Below, in pieces: positions 40,220 to 50,855 of a DNA stretch of 64,000 nt. The notes below the pieces were generated by a model. The model had not been told where the DNA came from, did no database searches, and was given only the letters and a program-made list of their open reading frames with translations. Each line of letters starts with the position of its first letter. Within the stretch, counting starts at the first letter, position 1. The position numbers were made by a program, and so were the translations under genes. This DNA comes from Mycobacterium sp. (lineage in GTDB: Bacteria > Actinomycetota > Actinomycetes > Mycobacteriales > Mycobacteriaceae). The stretch is taken from assembly GCA_046330895.1 (NCBI GenBank), contig JAXLRY010000016.1, positions 32,273 to 96,272 on the forward strand, in the 5' to 3' direction.

Positions 40220-42340
40220 TCAGCGCGGCAAGCCGAGGAGACGTTCGCCGGCCAGGGTGAGCAGGATCTGCTCGGTGCCACCGGCAATCGTCAGGCACCG
40301 CGTATTGAGAAAGTCATGCACCAGGGCGTCGACGACGGCGCCACCCGTCGGTGAGAGCTCCATCCGGATCTCCGAAAGCGCCTGGCGGTAGCGGACACCC
40401 AGCAACTTGCGAACGCTGGCCTCCGCTCCGGTGTCACGCCCGCCGACCGCCAACTGAGCGATCCGCTGATCCAGCAGCGCGCCGATCTGCGCGGCCAGAA
40501 TCAGCCGGCCTAGCCGCTCCTGCAGCGCGGCATCGGCATCCCCCTCTGCCACAACCCGCAGAAGCGCCTCCATCGGGTTACCCAGCGCGGTCCCCTGCGC
40601 CATCGCCACGCGTTCATTGGCGAGTGTCGTCCGCGCCAGCCTCCAGCCGTCGTTCACATTCCCGACAACCATCTCGTCGGGTACGAACACGTCGTCGAAG
40701 AACACTTCGTTGAACAACTCGTCGCCGGTGATCTCACGAAGCGGCCGGATCACAATTCCCGGCGAGGTCATGTCGACCAAGAAGTACGTGATCCCCTTGT
40801 GCTTGGGGGCTTCGGCATCCGTGCGCGCCAGGCAAACCCCCCAGTGCGCCTTGTGCGCAGCCGAAGTCCACACCTTCTGCCCCGTGAGCCGCCAACCACC
40901 CTCGGCGCGAACCGCTTTCGTCCGCAACGCCGCCAGATCCGAGCCCGCCCCCGGCTCGGAGAACAGCTGACACCAGATCACCTCGCCGCGCAGAGTCGCG
41001 GGGACGAAACGGTCGATCTGCTCCGCCGTACCCGCCTCGAGAATCGTGGGCACCGCCCACCAGCCGATCACCAGATCCGGGCGCTGGATGCCCGCCCGCG
41101 ATAGTTCCCGATCGATCAGCAACTGCTCGGCCGGCGACGCTGCGCGCCCATAGGGTATCGGCCAGTGGGGAGCCAACAGTCCGCTGTCGGCCAGCGCCGG
41201 CTGCCTGGCAGAAGGCGGCAATGCTGCCACCGCGGCAACGGCCGTCTCGATTTCGGACTGCAGATGCTCAACGGAATCCAACTCGATGTGCAGATCCCGC
41301 CTGACTCCGGACAGCGTCAGTTCGACGACCTGCCGAAGCCAGCGCGACGCTCCTCCCAGGAAGTGCCCGATCCCGTAGGCGCGGCGCAGATAAAGGTGGG
41401 CGTCGTGCTCCCAGGTGATGCCGATGCCGCCGAGGACCTGAACGCAGTCCTTCGCATTGGCTTTTGCCGCCTCGACTCCGGTGGCTGCCGCGATGGCGGC
41501 GGCGATCGACAGCTGGTCCCCTTCGGCAGAGACCGCTACCGCCGCATCGGCCGCCGCCACCGACACCTGCTCGGCTCGCAGCAGCATTTCAGCGCAGATG
41601 TGCTTGATCGCCTGAAAGCTTCCGATCGGCTTGCCGAATTGCTCACGTACCTTGGCGTATTCGGTCGCCGTCTCCAGACACCAGCGAGCGACGCCGACCG
41701 CCTCGGCGGCCATCAGTGTCGCCGCGAGGTCGCGGAATCGGCTCACCGAGATCGAAAGCGTCTCGACCGGAACCGATTCCAGCGTGACCCGCGCAAGCGG
41801 CCGCGAAAAGTCGGTGGCAGCAAGTGGTTCCACCGAAACTCCCGCCGCACCCGAATCGACCAGCACCACCCGATCGGCGGCGGGCAGCAGCAGTACGCTG
41901 CCTGGTACCGCCCCTAGAACCTGATCAGAGACGCCCGACACGCGGCCGTCGACCAGGGTCAGCTCAGCCGTCAAGGCCGCGCCCGCCGTGCGTTCACCCG
42001 ACATCAGCGACGAAAGAACCCGCGCCCCGTCGACAACCGTCGTGGCGTCGACGACAAGCGTGGCGAGAGCCGTCGTGACGATCGGCCCGGGTACCAGTGC
42101 CCCGGCCGCCTCCTCGATCATGGCGCAAAGATCCTCGACCGACCCTCCGGCGCCGCCGGCATCCTCGGCCACGGCCACACCGAAGAGTCCCAGGTCCGCG
42201 AGTCCGCCGAATACGGGTCGCCAGGCATCCGCAGGGGAGTTCTCCATATCCCGCACGGCCGCACGGGCACCCGCGCCCGCGGCCCAGTTCCGGACCAACT
42301 CACGGGCGGCGCATTGTTCGTCGGTGATGGTCGCGGACAC
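40220..42340 (-). CDS. fadE34: Two-domain acyl-CoA dehydrogenase FadE34 (ChsE3)
   Basis: Start GTG 42340 (MSATITDEQ) gives 706 aa; two ACAD halves, FSEPGAGSDLA, IAGGTEQI. Confidence 0.93.
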   Translation of the reverse strand: MSATITDEQCAARELVRNWAAGAGARAAVRDMENSPADAWRPVFGGLADLGLFGVAVAEDAGGAGGSVEDLCAMIEEAAGALVPGPIVTTALATLVVDATTVVDGARVLSSLMSGERTAGAALTAELTLVDGRVSGVSDQVLGAVPGSVLLLPAADRVVLVDSGAAGVSVEPLAATDFSRPLARVTLESVPVETLSISVSRFRDLAATLMAAEAVGVARWCLETATEYAKVREQFGKPIGSFQAIKHICAEMLLRAEQVSVAAADAAVAVSAEGDQLSIAAAIAAATGVEAAKANAKDCVQVLGGIGITWEHDAHLYLRRAYGIGHFLGGASRWLRQVVELTLSGVRRDLHIELDSVEHLQSEIETAVAAVAALPPSARQPALADSGLLAPHWPIPYGRAASPAEQLLIDRELSRAGIQRPDLVIGWWAVPTILEAGTAEQIDRFVPATLRGEVIWCQLFSEPGAGSDLAALRTKAVRAEGGWRLTGQKVWTSAAHKAHWGVCLARTDAEAPKHKGITYFLVDMTSPGIVIRPLREITGDELFNEVFFDDVFVPDEMVVGNVNDGWRLARTTLANERVAMAQGTALGNPMEALLRVVAEGDADAALQERLGRLILAAQIGALLDQRIAQLAVGGRDTGAEASVRKLLGVRYRQALSEIRMELSPTGGAVVDALVHDFLNTRCLTIAGGTEQILLTLAGERLLGLPR

Positions 42341-42385
42341 CGTCGGCTCCTCAGTGTTTGGGAAGTTCTGGGGTGGCAATCCCAC

Positions 42386-42399
42386 TAGAACGTGTTCTA
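42386..42399. promoter_or_regulatory. KstR operator (fadE34/kstR)
   Basis: TAGAACGTGTTCTA, perfect consensus. Confidence 0.92.
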
Positions 42400-42461
42400 A
42401 TAGTGCCAGCGATCGACCGTCAAGTCGACCGGCATACCAGCAGGAAGGAGCCGACGGCCAT

Positions 42462-43127
42462 ATGTCATCACCTGCACAGAAATCGTCGGCTGAGGGCGGC
42501 GGTACGCAGCCTCGCGAAGTGTTGCCGGTGTCCGTCCTGACCGAATCCGAGTTGGGATCGGAGGCGCAACGGGAGCGGCGCAAGCGCATTCTGGACGCCA
42601 CCATGGCCATCGCGTCGAAGGGCGGCTACGAGGCGGTGCAGATGCGCGCGGTCGCCGACCGCGCCGACGTCGCGGTGGGAACGCTGTACCGCTACTTCCC
42701 CTCGAAGGTGCATCTGCTGGTGTCGGCGCTCGGCCGCGAATTCGAACGCATCGATTCCAAGGCGGACCGTGCGTCGCTGACGGGTGACACTCCCTACCAC
42801 CGACTGAGCGTCATGGTCAGCAAGCTCAACCGAGCAATGCAGCGCAATCCCCTCTTGACGGAGGCGATGACCCGCGCCTACGTGTTTGCCGACGCGTCGG
42901 CTGCGGGCGAGGTCGACCACGTCGAGAAGATCATCGACAACATGTTCGCGCGAGCCATGAGCGACGGTGAACCAACCGAGGATCAGTACCACATCGCTCG
43001 CGTGATCTCGGACGTCTGGCTGTCGAATCTGCTTGCGTGGCTTACCCGTCGGGCATCCGCCACCGATGTGAGCAAGCGCCTCGACTTGGCCGTCCGGCTG
43101 TTGATCGGCGACGAAGCCGCCTCCTGA
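42462..43127 (+). CDS. kstR: TetR-family cholesterol regulon repressor KstR
   Basis: LGSEAQRERRKRILDATMAIASKGGYEAVQMRAVADRADVAVGTLYRYF; ATG 42462 with AAGGAG upstream. Confidence 0.95.
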   Translation: MSSPAQKSSAEGGGTQPREVLPVSVLTESELGSEAQRERRKRILDATMAIASKGGYEAVQMRAVADRADVAVGTLYRYFPSKVHLLVSALGREFERIDSKADRASLTGDTPYHRLSVMVSKLNRAMQRNPLLTEAMTRAYVFADASAAGEVDHVEKIIDNMFARAMSDGEPTEDQYHIARVISDVWLSNLLAWLTRRASATDVSKRLDLAVRLLIGDEAAS

Positions 43128-43138
43128 GGGCAGTTGCG

Positions 43139-43900
43139 GTGGCCCCAATTCCCGATGATCTGCGACGCGCGCTGGACGCCGCGGCGGGTTCGCCACGGCT
43201 GTTGGTGGCCACCGACTTCGACGGCACCATATCTCCGATCGTCGCCCACCCACCCGATGCCCGACCGATCCCCTCCGCGATCGCGGCACTATCCGAGTTG
43301 ACCAAGCGGACAAACACAACCGGCGCCCTGATCTCGGGACGAGCCCTGGCTGACCTGAAAGTCCTCTCCGGGGCGCCCACGGGGGTGAAACTCGTTGGCA
43401 GCCATGGCTCCGAATTCGAAGAAGGGATCTTCGAAGGGGTCGACGAGGCCGCGCGAACGCGCCTCCGCGGGCTCATCGAAGCGCTGCGTGAAGTGTCATC
43501 GCGATACCCGGGCACGACGGTCGAAACCAAGCCGATCAGCGTCGCGTTCCATGTCCGCAACGCCGCCCCGGAGTCCGCCCAGCAAGCACTCGACGAAGCT
43601 TCGAAGGCCGCCGAGGACTTCGACGTCCATCTCACCGAGGGCAAAGCGGTTCGCGAATTCGCGGTCATTCGCACCGACAAGGGCCGGGCCCTGGACCTGA
43701 TGCGCCACAACACCAATGCCACAGCTGTGGTCTATTTCGGTGATGACGTCACCGATGAATCGGCGTTCGCCAGGCTGGTGGGCGGCAGTGATGTCGGGGT
43801 GAAGGTGGGGCCGGGAGACACCGCTGCCGCATTCAGGGTCGAATCACCCGAGGATGTCGCCGAGGCCCTGCAATTCATGAGCGCGACACGCGCACATTGA
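43139..43900 (+). CDS. otsB: Trehalose-6-phosphate phosphatase (HAD family)
   Basis: DFDGT, ISGR, GSHGSE, GDDVTDE; start GTG 43139. Confidence 0.88.
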   Translation: MAPIPDDLRRALDAAAGSPRLLVATDFDGTISPIVAHPPDARPIPSAIAALSELTKRTNTTGALISGRALADLKVLSGAPTGVKLVGSHGSEFEEGIFEGVDEAARTRLRGLIEALREVSSRYPGTTVETKPISVAFHVRNAAPESAQQALDEASKAAEDFDVHLTEGKAVREFAVIRTDKGRALDLMRHNTNATAVVYFGDDVTDESAFARLVGGSDVGVKVGPGDTAAAFRVESPEDVAEALQFMSATRAH

Positions 43901-43923
43901 TCGTCCCGAATGGTGGTCTATTC

Positions 43924-43946
43924 TTATCGGAAACCATTTTCATTAA
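43924..43946. promoter_or_regulatory. Zur box
   Basis: TTATCGGAAACCATTTTCATTAA, 19/23 to the recalled mycobacterial consensus TTATTGAAAATCATTTTCAATAA; directly upstream of a metal ABC operon. Confidence 0.75.
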
Positions 43947-43955
43947 GGGTCGGGA

Positions 43956-44900
43956 GTGTCGATGAGGAGCGGACGCCTGCACAGGGCGCCATTGCACAGG
44001 GCGGCATTCGGAGCAACCGCACTACTGGTTGCAGCCGGCCTCAGCGCATGCCATGCCGACAGCGGCTCAACCGACGCGAAAAGCAACCTGCCCACGGTCG
44101 TTGCTTCGACCGACGCGTGGGGTTCGGTGGCGCAATCGATCGCCGGGGACCTCGCCACGGTGACATCGATCGTCGGTGGCGCCTCAGCCGACCCGCACTC
44201 ATTCCGGGCCAGCCCATCGGACACCGCTGAGATTTCGGACGCGGCACTGGTGATCTACAACGGCGGCGGCTACGACTCCTGGATCGAAGACGTCCTCGAA
44301 TCGCACCCCAACGTCAACGCCGTCGACGCATATTCACTGCTGGACAAGGCTTCACCCGGCGAACCGCAACCCCCCAACGAGCACGTCTTCTACGATCTGG
44401 GCGTCGCGAAAGCCGTGGCCACCACCATCGCCGACCGACTGGCCACCATCGACCCGGCGCACGCCGGCGACTTCAAGTCGAGAGCCGCCGATTTCAACCG
44501 GCGCGCCGACGCCGTCGAGCACACGGAGTACGCCATCCGGTCCACCCACCCGGGCGCGGCCGTTGTGGCGACCGAACCGGTGGCGCACTACTTGCTCGAG
44601 TCGGCCGGCCTCACCGACAAGACACCGGCCGATTTCTCCGACGCCGTCGAGCAGGACACCGATCCCGCACCAGTTGACATCGCCGCCATGATCGACATGA
44701 TCAACGGCCACCAGGTCGCCGCGCTGATCTTCAACGAGCAGACCACAACGGCCGCGACCCGCCAGGTTCGCGATGCCGCTCAAAGCGCCGGGGTGCCGAT
44801 CGTCACCGTCACAGAGACGCTGCCCGCCGGATCCGACTACCTGAAATGGCAAGCCGACACCGCCGCCCGGCTCTCCGCTGCTCTGCAGCAGGATCGATAA
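43956..44900 (+). CDS. Zn/Mn ABC transporter substrate-binding lipoprotein
   Basis: Lipobox LSAC, DPHSF, NEHVFYD, ETLP. Confidence 0.9.
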   Translation: MSMRSGRLHRAPLHRAAFGATALLVAAGLSACHADSGSTDAKSNLPTVVASTDAWGSVAQSIAGDLATVTSIVGGASADPHSFRASPSDTAEISDAALVIYNGGGYDSWIEDVLESHPNVNAVDAYSLLDKASPGEPQPPNEHVFYDLGVAKAVATTIADRLATIDPAHAGDFKSRAADFNRRADAVEHTEYAIRSTHPGAAVVATEPVAHYLLESAGLTDKTPADFSDAVEQDTDPAPVDIAAMIDMINGHQVAALIFNEQTTTAATRQVRDAAQSAGVPIVTVTETLPAGSDYLKWQADTAARLSAALQQDR

Positions 44901-44909
44901 TCACCCGTC

Positions 44910-45722
44910 ATGGCCGCAGAGGTCGTCTCCCTCACCGATGCCCGGCTGACATTCGCCGACCGGGTGCTGTGGGATCACCTGGATCTGACGGTCCACGCCG
45001 GAGAATTCATCGCGATTCTGGGCCCCAACGGCACAGGCAAGACATCACTGCTCAAGGTCCTGCTGGGGCAGCTGCCGCTGACCGCCGGCACGGCCCTGAT
45101 CGACGGGCAACCTGTGGCCGCGGGATGCAGCCGCATCGGTTATGTGCCGCAACATCGCGCCGTAGACCGCGGGCTCAGTCTGCGGGGGCGCGACCTGGTG
45201 GCGCTCGGATTCGACGGGCATCGCTGGGGACTCGCCCCGCGAACCCGAGCGGCTCGGCGCCTGCGACAAGCCGCCGTTGACCGGGCGCTCGACGAGGTCT
45301 ACGCCGGCGACCTCGGCAAAGTCGCCGTCGGTGTGATGTCCGGCGGCGAACTGCAGCGCGTGCGGATCGCCCAGGCTCTCGCCACCGACCCGATGCTCCT
45401 GCTGTGCGACGAACCCCTGCTCAACCTCGACCCGGGCAACGCCCGATTGGTCGCGCGGCTCATAAACGAGCGCCGCCGGGCCGGCACCGCCGTCCTTTTC
45501 GTCACACACGAGGTGAATCCTGTGCTGCCCTACGTGGACCGCGTGCTCTACCTCGTCGACGGCAGGTTCCGAATCGGCGCGGTCGACGACGTGATGACGT
45601 CCGCAACCCTCTCAGATCTCTACGGCGCCGACATCGAGGTCATCAAAGCGGGCAGCCGCTACGTCGTGGTGGGCGAGCACATCGACCACTCCGGACATCA
45701 CCTTGGTCATGCCGATGAATGA
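44910..45722 (+). CDS. Metal ABC transporter ATP-binding protein
   Basis: GPNGTGKT, SGGELQR, LLCDEP; His-rich tail [11 protein letters not shown]. Confidence 0.92.
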   Translation: MAAEVVSLTDARLTFADRVLWDHLDLTVHAGEFIAILGPNGTGKTSLLKVLLGQLPLTAGTALIDGQPVAAGCSRIGYVPQHRAVDRGLSLRGRDLVALGFDGHRWGLAPRTRAARRLRQAAVDRALDEVYAGDLGKVAVGVMSGGELQRVRIAQALATDPMLLLCDEPLLNLDPGNARLVARLINERRRAGTAVLFVTHEVNPVLPYVDRVLYLVDGRFRIGAVDDVMTSATLSDLYGADIEVIKAGSRYVVVGEHIDHSGHHLGHADE

Positions 45723-46554
45723 ATGGACTCACGTAACGACCGATCTGCTGAGCCGCGGGTTCGTCCAACAGGCACTGATCGCTGCCGCGCTCCTCGCCCT
45801 GGTAGCCGGGATGATCGGCCCGTTCATCGTGATGCGGCAAATGTCCTTCGCAGTACACGGATCCAGTGAACTATCGCTGACCGGGGCGGCCTTCGCGTTG
45901 CTGACGGGCCTGAACGTGGGAATGGGCGCGCTGGTGGGCAGCGCGCTTGCCGCTGTCCTCTTCGGAATTCTGGGTCAGCGCGCGCGTGAACGAGATTCGG
46001 CGATCGGCGCGGTACTCGCGTTCGGGCTGGGCATGGCGGTGTTGTTCATCCATCTGTATCCGGGCCGCACCGGCACCAGCTTCGCGCTCTTGACGGGCCA
46101 GATCGTCGGCGTGGGGTATTCGGGGCTGGTCCTTCTCGTCATCGTGGCGGTGGTGGTGATGGCCGTGCTCGCCGTGAGCTATCGCCCGCTGCTGTTCGCC
46201 ACCGCAGACCCGGAGGTGGCGGCTGCCCGCGGAGTGCGGGTGCGCGGATTGGGCATCGTGTTCGCCGCACTGGTCGGTGTCGTGGCAGCCCAGGGCGTTC
46301 AGATCGTAGGAGCCCTCCTGGTCATGTCGCTGCTGATCACTCCCGCCGCCGCGGCCGCTCGGGTGTTTCGCTCGCCGACGGCGACGATCGTCGCGTCCAT
46401 CGTCTTCGCCGAGGTGTCCGCCGTCGGCGGAATTGTCCTGTCGCTGGCACCGGGCGTTCCGGTCTCGGTGTTCGTGACGACGATCTCGTTCGCCATCTAT
46501 CTGATCTGCTGGGCGCTCAGCCGCCGCTACCACGGGGTGGCGCACGCGGCGTAA
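45703..46554 (+). CDS. Metal ABC transporter permease
   Basis: ABC-3 pattern [25 protein letters not shown]. Confidence 0.9.
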   Translation: MVMPMNEWTHVTTDLLSRGFVQQALIAAALLALVAGMIGPFIVMRQMSFAVHGSSELSLTGAAFALLTGLNVGMGALVGSALAAVLFGILGQRARERDSAIGAVLAFGLGMAVLFIHLYPGRTGTSFALLTGQIVGVGYSGLVLLVIVAVVVMAVLAVSYRPLLFATADPEVAAARGVRVRGLGIVFAALVGVVAAQGVQIVGALLVMSLLITPAAAAARVFRSPTATIVASIVFAEVSAVGGIVLSLAPGVPVSVFVTTISFAIYLICWALSRRYHGVAHAA

Positions 46555-46720
46555 GGCTTTCGGTATGTGTTGCCCGGCTCCGAGCGACACTTCGCATTCA
46601 GACTTAGGCGCTCGTCAGACCGAGTCACCGACATGGTCGCGCAGAGGTGGGCGAATGTCGCTCATCCCACCGACCCGCCGTCCCACCAAACACATCCAAC
46701 TGCGCTGCAATACTGACCAC

Positions 46721-47479
46721 GTGCCGACCATCGATCTCAACGCCGACCTGGGGGAAGGTTTCGGCGCGTGGGATCTCGGCGACGACGACGCCATGCTCGG
46801 CATCGTCACGAGCGCCAATCTCGCCTGCGGATTCCACGCCGGCAGCCCAGCGAGATTGGCAACCGCCTGCCGAAGCGCATCCCAACGAGGCGTGAGCATC
46901 GGCGCACAAGTCGGCTACCCAGACCTGGTCGGCTTCGGCCGCCGATTCATCGACGTCGACCCGGAAGAACTGACGGCGGACGTGATCTACCAGATCGGAG
47001 CGCTACAGGCACTGGCGCACACAGCCGGGTCGAAGGTCAGCTACGTGAAACCTCATGGCGCCCTGTACAACACGATCGTCACCCATCGCGAACAGGCGCG
47101 CGCCGTAGCACAGGCGGTGTACGCCGTCGATCCGTCGCTGCCGGTGCTGGGTCTCGGAGGGTCGGCGCTATTCGCCGAGGCGCAGCGCCTCGGATTGCGC
47201 ACGGTATCCGAGGCGTTCGCCGACCGTGCCTATACACCGGACGGCAGACTGGTCCCACGCAAGGTGAAGGGCGCGGTGATTCACGATCCCGCCGAGATCG
47301 CCGCACGAGTGACCGAGATGGTCGCGAGCGGGCGCGTCACCGCATCGGACGGGAGCACCGTCGACATCGAAGCGGAATCGGTTTGCGTGCATGGCGATTC
47401 ACCGGGCGCGGTCCAGATCGCAACCACGGTTCGACAGCACCTCGAGGCAGCGGGAGTCGACGTGAAGGCCTTCGTCTGA
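46721..47479 (+). CDS. pxpA: 5-oxoprolinase subunit PxpA (LamB/YcsF)
   Basis: [40 protein letters not shown]. Confidence 0.9.
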   Translation: MPTIDLNADLGEGFGAWDLGDDDAMLGIVTSANLACGFHAGSPARLATACRSASQRGVSIGAQVGYPDLVGFGRRFIDVDPEELTADVIYQIGALQALAHTAGSKVSYVKPHGALYNTIVTHREQARAVAQAVYAVDPSLPVLGLGGSALFAEAQRLGLRTVSEAFADRAYTPDGRLVPRKVKGAVIHDPAEIAARVTEMVASGRVTASDGSTVDIEAESVCVHGDSPGAVQIATTVRQHLEAAGVDVKAFV

Positions 47480-48399
47480 TGCGGATCAAACTGGGCCGCC
47501 CCGACATCGCCGCATATCGAGATCGCTTCGACGTGCCGGCGGCAGATCCCGACGCGGCGCTGGCAGTGACCTGGCTTGGCGTTTCCACGTTGCTCGTCGA
47601 CGACGGAACGACGGCGATCATGACCGACGGATTCTTCTCCCGGCCGTCGATGTTCGACGTCGGCCTCCGCCGCCTGACCCCGTCGGATTCGCGAATAGAT
47701 TGGTGCCTGACAAGGGCGAAAGTCAATCGTCTCGCCGCCGTCATACCGGTGCACACCCACTACGACCACGCACTGGACACGGCAGCCGTGGCCGAACGGA
47801 CCGGGGCCGCGATCATCGGCGGCGAGTCGGCCGCCAATATCGCTCGCGGACATGGATTTCCGGAAGGCCGCACCATCGTCGCGAACTCGGGCGACCGGTT
47901 CGACTTCGGGCCGTTCACCGTCACGCTCATCGAATCCCATCACTGTCCCCCCGACCGGTTTCCGGGGGCGATAACCAAACCCGTGGTCCCACCAGCGAAA
48001 GCATCGGAGTACCGATGCGGCGAATCCTGGTCGACCGTGATTCATCACGAGCCCAGTGGCAGCCGGATGCTGATCCAGGGCAGCGCGGGATTCGTCCGGG
48101 GCGCACTCGCCGGCCAGCAGGCTGATGTGGCATATCTCGGTGCAGGTCAGCTCGGTGCGCAATCTGAGGACTACATAACCGAATACTGGTCACAGACCGT
48201 GCGGACCGTGGGCGCGCGACGCGTGGTGCTGATTCACTGGGACGACTTCTTCCGGCCCCTGACCGAACCGCTGCGCGCGCTCCCCTATGTCGGCGACGAT
48301 CTCGACGCCAGCATGCGGATTCTTTCTCGACTGGCCGAGGAAGACCAAGTGGCGCTGCACTTTCCGACCCTGTGGCAACGCGAGGACCCCTGGCTGTGA
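47479..48399 (+). CDS. Metallo-beta-lactamase-fold protein (Rv3577 homolog)
   Basis: ATG 47479 coupled to the pxpA stop (TGATG); HTHYDH, IHWDDF. Confidence 0.85.
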   Translation: MRIKLGRPDIAAYRDRFDVPAADPDAALAVTWLGVSTLLVDDGTTAIMTDGFFSRPSMFDVGLRRLTPSDSRIDWCLTRAKVNRLAAVIPVHTHYDHALDTAAVAERTGAAIIGGESAANIARGHGFPEGRTIVANSGDRFDFGPFTVTLIESHHCPPDRFPGAITKPVVPPAKASEYRCGESWSTVIHHEPSGSRMLIQGSAGFVRGALAGQQADVAYLGAGQLGAQSEDYITEYWSQTVRTVGARRVVLIHWDDFFRPLTEPLRALPYVGDDLDASMRILSRLAEEDQVALHFPTLWQREDPWL

Positions 48400-48411
48400 A
48401 GTAACCGGAAT

Positions 48412-49347
48412 CTACCGCCTGCGCTGCCGAGCGATCTCGGCGAGAACCACACCCGCCGCCACCGATGCATTCAACGACTCGGACTGCGCCGCCATCGGAA
48501 TCGACACGATCGCATCGCAATTCTCACGAACCAGACGGGACAGTCCCTTCCCCTCCGATCCGACCACCACCACGAGTGGGCCCGACGCGTCGAATTCGTC
48601 GAGCGTGGTGTCGCCGTCGGCATCGAGCCCGATTATTTGCAGACCGGAGTTCGCATAGTCGGCAAGCGTGCGATTCAGGTTGGTGGCCCGGGCAATCGGA
48701 ACCCTCGCCGCCGCCCCCGCACTCGTGCGCCATGCCACCGCTGTGACCGATGCGGACCGCCGCTGCGGAATAACCACACCGTGTCCCGCGAAGGCCGCGA
48801 CCGATCGGACGATGGCGCCAAGATTGCGGGGATCGGAGATGTTGTCGAGCGCGACGAGCAACGCCGGTTGGACATCATGGGTGGCCGACTTCAACAGATC
48901 ATCGGGATGCGCGTACGAATACGGTGGTACCTGCAGGGCGATCCCCTGATGTAAACCGTTGGCGCTCAACCGGTCCAGATCCGTCTTAGGGACCTCGAGG
49001 ATGGGAATCCCCCGGTCCGCCGCCATGGTCACCGACTCGGTGAGCCGTTCGTCGGCTTCGGCACCCAACGCCACGTAGAGCGCCGAAGCCGGCACCCGCG
49101 CGCGGAGACACTCCACGACGGGATTGCGCCCGAGCACCGTTTCGGTTTCGTCGGTGGGCTTGGTGGACGGTCTGCGGGCCTGCTTGACAGCCCGTTTGGC
49201 GGCCGGGTGCCCCGGTCGCATGTGCGCCGGCGGCGTCGCCCCCCGGCCCTCCAACCCCCGGCGCCGCACGCCACCGGAGCCCGTCGTCGGCCCCTTCTTG
49301 GAACCGGCCTTCCGAATTGCGCCTCGGCGCCGCGAATTTCCAGCCAT
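48412..49347 (-). CDS. rlmB: 23S rRNA 2'-O-methyltransferase RlmB (TrmH family)
   Basis: [24 protein letters not shown]. Confidence 0.92.
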   Translation of the reverse strand: MAGNSRRRGAIRKAGSKKGPTTGSGGVRRRGLEGRGATPPAHMRPGHPAAKRAVKQARRPSTKPTDETETVLGRNPVVECLRARVPASALYVALGAEADERLTESVTMAADRGIPILEVPKTDLDRLSANGLHQGIALQVPPYSYAHPDDLLKSATHDVQPALLVALDNISDPRNLGAIVRSVAAFAGHGVVIPQRRSASVTAVAWRTSAGAAARVPIARATNLNRTLADYANSGLQIIGLDADGDTTLDEFDASGPLVVVVGSEGKGLSRLVRENCDAIVSIPMAAQSESLNASVAAGVVLAEIARQRRR

Positions 49348-49372
49348 TTAGCTCAGGCCACCTTCCCGCACG

Positions 49373-49445
49373 TCATTCCAGAGACCCCGAATTCATCCCA
49401 GAGACCCCGAATTCATTCCAGAGGCCCGAATTCATTCCAGAGACC
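49373..49445 (-). repeat. ~20-bp tandem repeat (3.7 copies) at the cysS/rlmB junction
   Basis: TCATTCCAGAGACCCCGAAT / TCATCCCAGAGACCCCGAAT / TCATTCCAGAGGCCCGAAT (19 bp) / TCATTCCAGAGACC. Confidence 0.92.
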
Positions 49446-50844
49446 ATTGCGGACCATCAGCGGTATCCGTCACCTCGATGCCCGCCTCCTTGAGGCGATC
49501 GCGAATCTCGTCGGCCTGGGCCCAATCCCTGTTGCGGCGCGCCTCGTCCCGCCGCTGTAACTCGGCATGGACGAGCACGTCGACGGCGGAGAGCGCCGCA
49601 GCGGTCTCATCGCGGGTCTTCCAGCGCTCGTCGAGCGGATCGCAGCCGAGAATCCCCATCATGGAGCGGATTTCACCGGCCTTGGCCAAGGCCGTCGCGT
49701 GGTCGCCGGTCTCCATCGCACGGTTGCCCTCAGCGCGAGCGCTGTGCACCTCGGCGAGCGCCGCGGGAACAGCCAGGTCGTCGTCGAGGGCAGCACCGAA
49801 CCGCTCCGTCCAGTTCCCCGGCGTCACCGCACCGATCCGCGTTCTGACCCGATGCAGGAATTCCTCGAGACCCGTGTAGGCACGCGCGGCATCCTGAAGT
49901 GCACCCTCGGAGAACTCCAGCATCGACCGATAGTGTGCGCTGCCCAGGTAGTAACGCAGCTCGGCAGGCCGAACCCGTTGCAGCACAGCCGGTATCGCCA
50001 GCACGTTACCCAGCGACTTGCTCATCTTCTCACCGCCCATGGTGACCCAGCCATTATGCAGCCAGTACCGGGCGAAACCGTCGCCGGCCGCGCGAGCCTG
50101 GGCGATCTCGTTCTCGTGGTGCGGAAAGACCAGATCCATTCCACCGCAATGAATATCGAACTCGGCACCAAGGTATTCGTGAGCCATCGCGACGCATTCG
50201 GAGTGCCAGCCCGGCCGGCCGCGACCCCACGGAGTCGGCCACGACGGCTCACCTGGTTTGGCGCCCTTCCATAAAGTGAAGTCGCGCGGATCGCGCTTCC
50301 CGACCCCGGCCCCCTCACCCTGATGCACGTCATCGATCCGATGGCCGGACAGTTTCCCGTAGTCACCGAAACTGAGAACGTCGAAATAGACGTCGCCCGC
50401 GCCGGGGTACGCATGACCTGCATCGATCAGACGCTCGATGAGTTCCACGATCTGGGTGATATGACCGGTGGCCCTGGGTTCCGCCGACGGAGGCAGCACA
50501 CCCAGCGCGTCGTACGCGGCTGAAAAGGCGCGTTCATGGGTCGCAGCCCACTCCCACCACGGCCGGTCTGCGTCGGCGGCCTTCGTGAGGATCTTGTCGT
50601 CGATGTCGGTGACGTTGCGAATGAATGCGACGTCATAGCCTTTCGCCGCCAACCAGCGGCGCAGAACGTCGAAAGCGACGCCGCTGCGGACGTGACCGAT
50701 ATGCGGGAGCCCCTGAACGGTGGCGCCGCAGAGGTAGATGGACGCATGCCCGGGACGAAGCGGCGCGAATTCTCTGATCGCACCGGTATAGGTGTCATGC
50801 AGGCGCAACCCGCCCGCGGCGGTCGCAGGCCCGGTGTCAGTCAC
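49432..50844 (-). CDS. cysS: Cysteine-tRNA ligase
   Basis: CGATVQ, HIGH, WHSEC, KMSKS. Confidence 0.97.
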   Translation of the reverse strand: MTDTGPATAAGGLRLHDTYTGAIREFAPLRPGHASIYLCGATVQGLPHIGHVRSGVAFDVLRRWLAAKGYDVAFIRNVTDIDDKILTKAADADRPWWEWAATHERAFSAAYDALGVLPPSAEPRATGHITQIVELIERLIDAGHAYPGAGDVYFDVLSFGDYGKLSGHRIDDVHQGEGAGVGKRDPRDFTLWKGAKPGEPSWPTPWGRGRPGWHSECVAMAHEYLGAEFDIHCGGMDLVFPHHENEIAQARAAGDGFARYWLHNGWVTMGGEKMSKSLGNVLAIPAVLQRVRPAELRYYLGSAHYRSMLEFSEGALQDAARAYTGLEEFLHRVRTRIGAVTPGNWTERFGAALDDDLAVPAALAEVHSARAEGNRAMETGDHATALAKAGEIRSMMGILGCDPLDERWKTRDETAAALSAVDVLVHAELQRRDEARRNRDWAQADEIRDRLKEAGIEVTDTADGPQWSLE

Positions 50845-50855
50845 GACGCGCCACC

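Noticed and set aside
41988-42461. Long N-terminal extensions of KstR (379 aa), FadE34 (796 aa) and Hmp (467 aa)
   Set aside because: They overlap neighbouring genes or promoters; downstream starts have SD or coupling support and give expected lengths
46768-48399. 543-aa ORF suggesting a PxpA-MBL fusion
   Set aside because: The first 237 codons are an alternative frame over pxpA; the MBL gene starts at 47479
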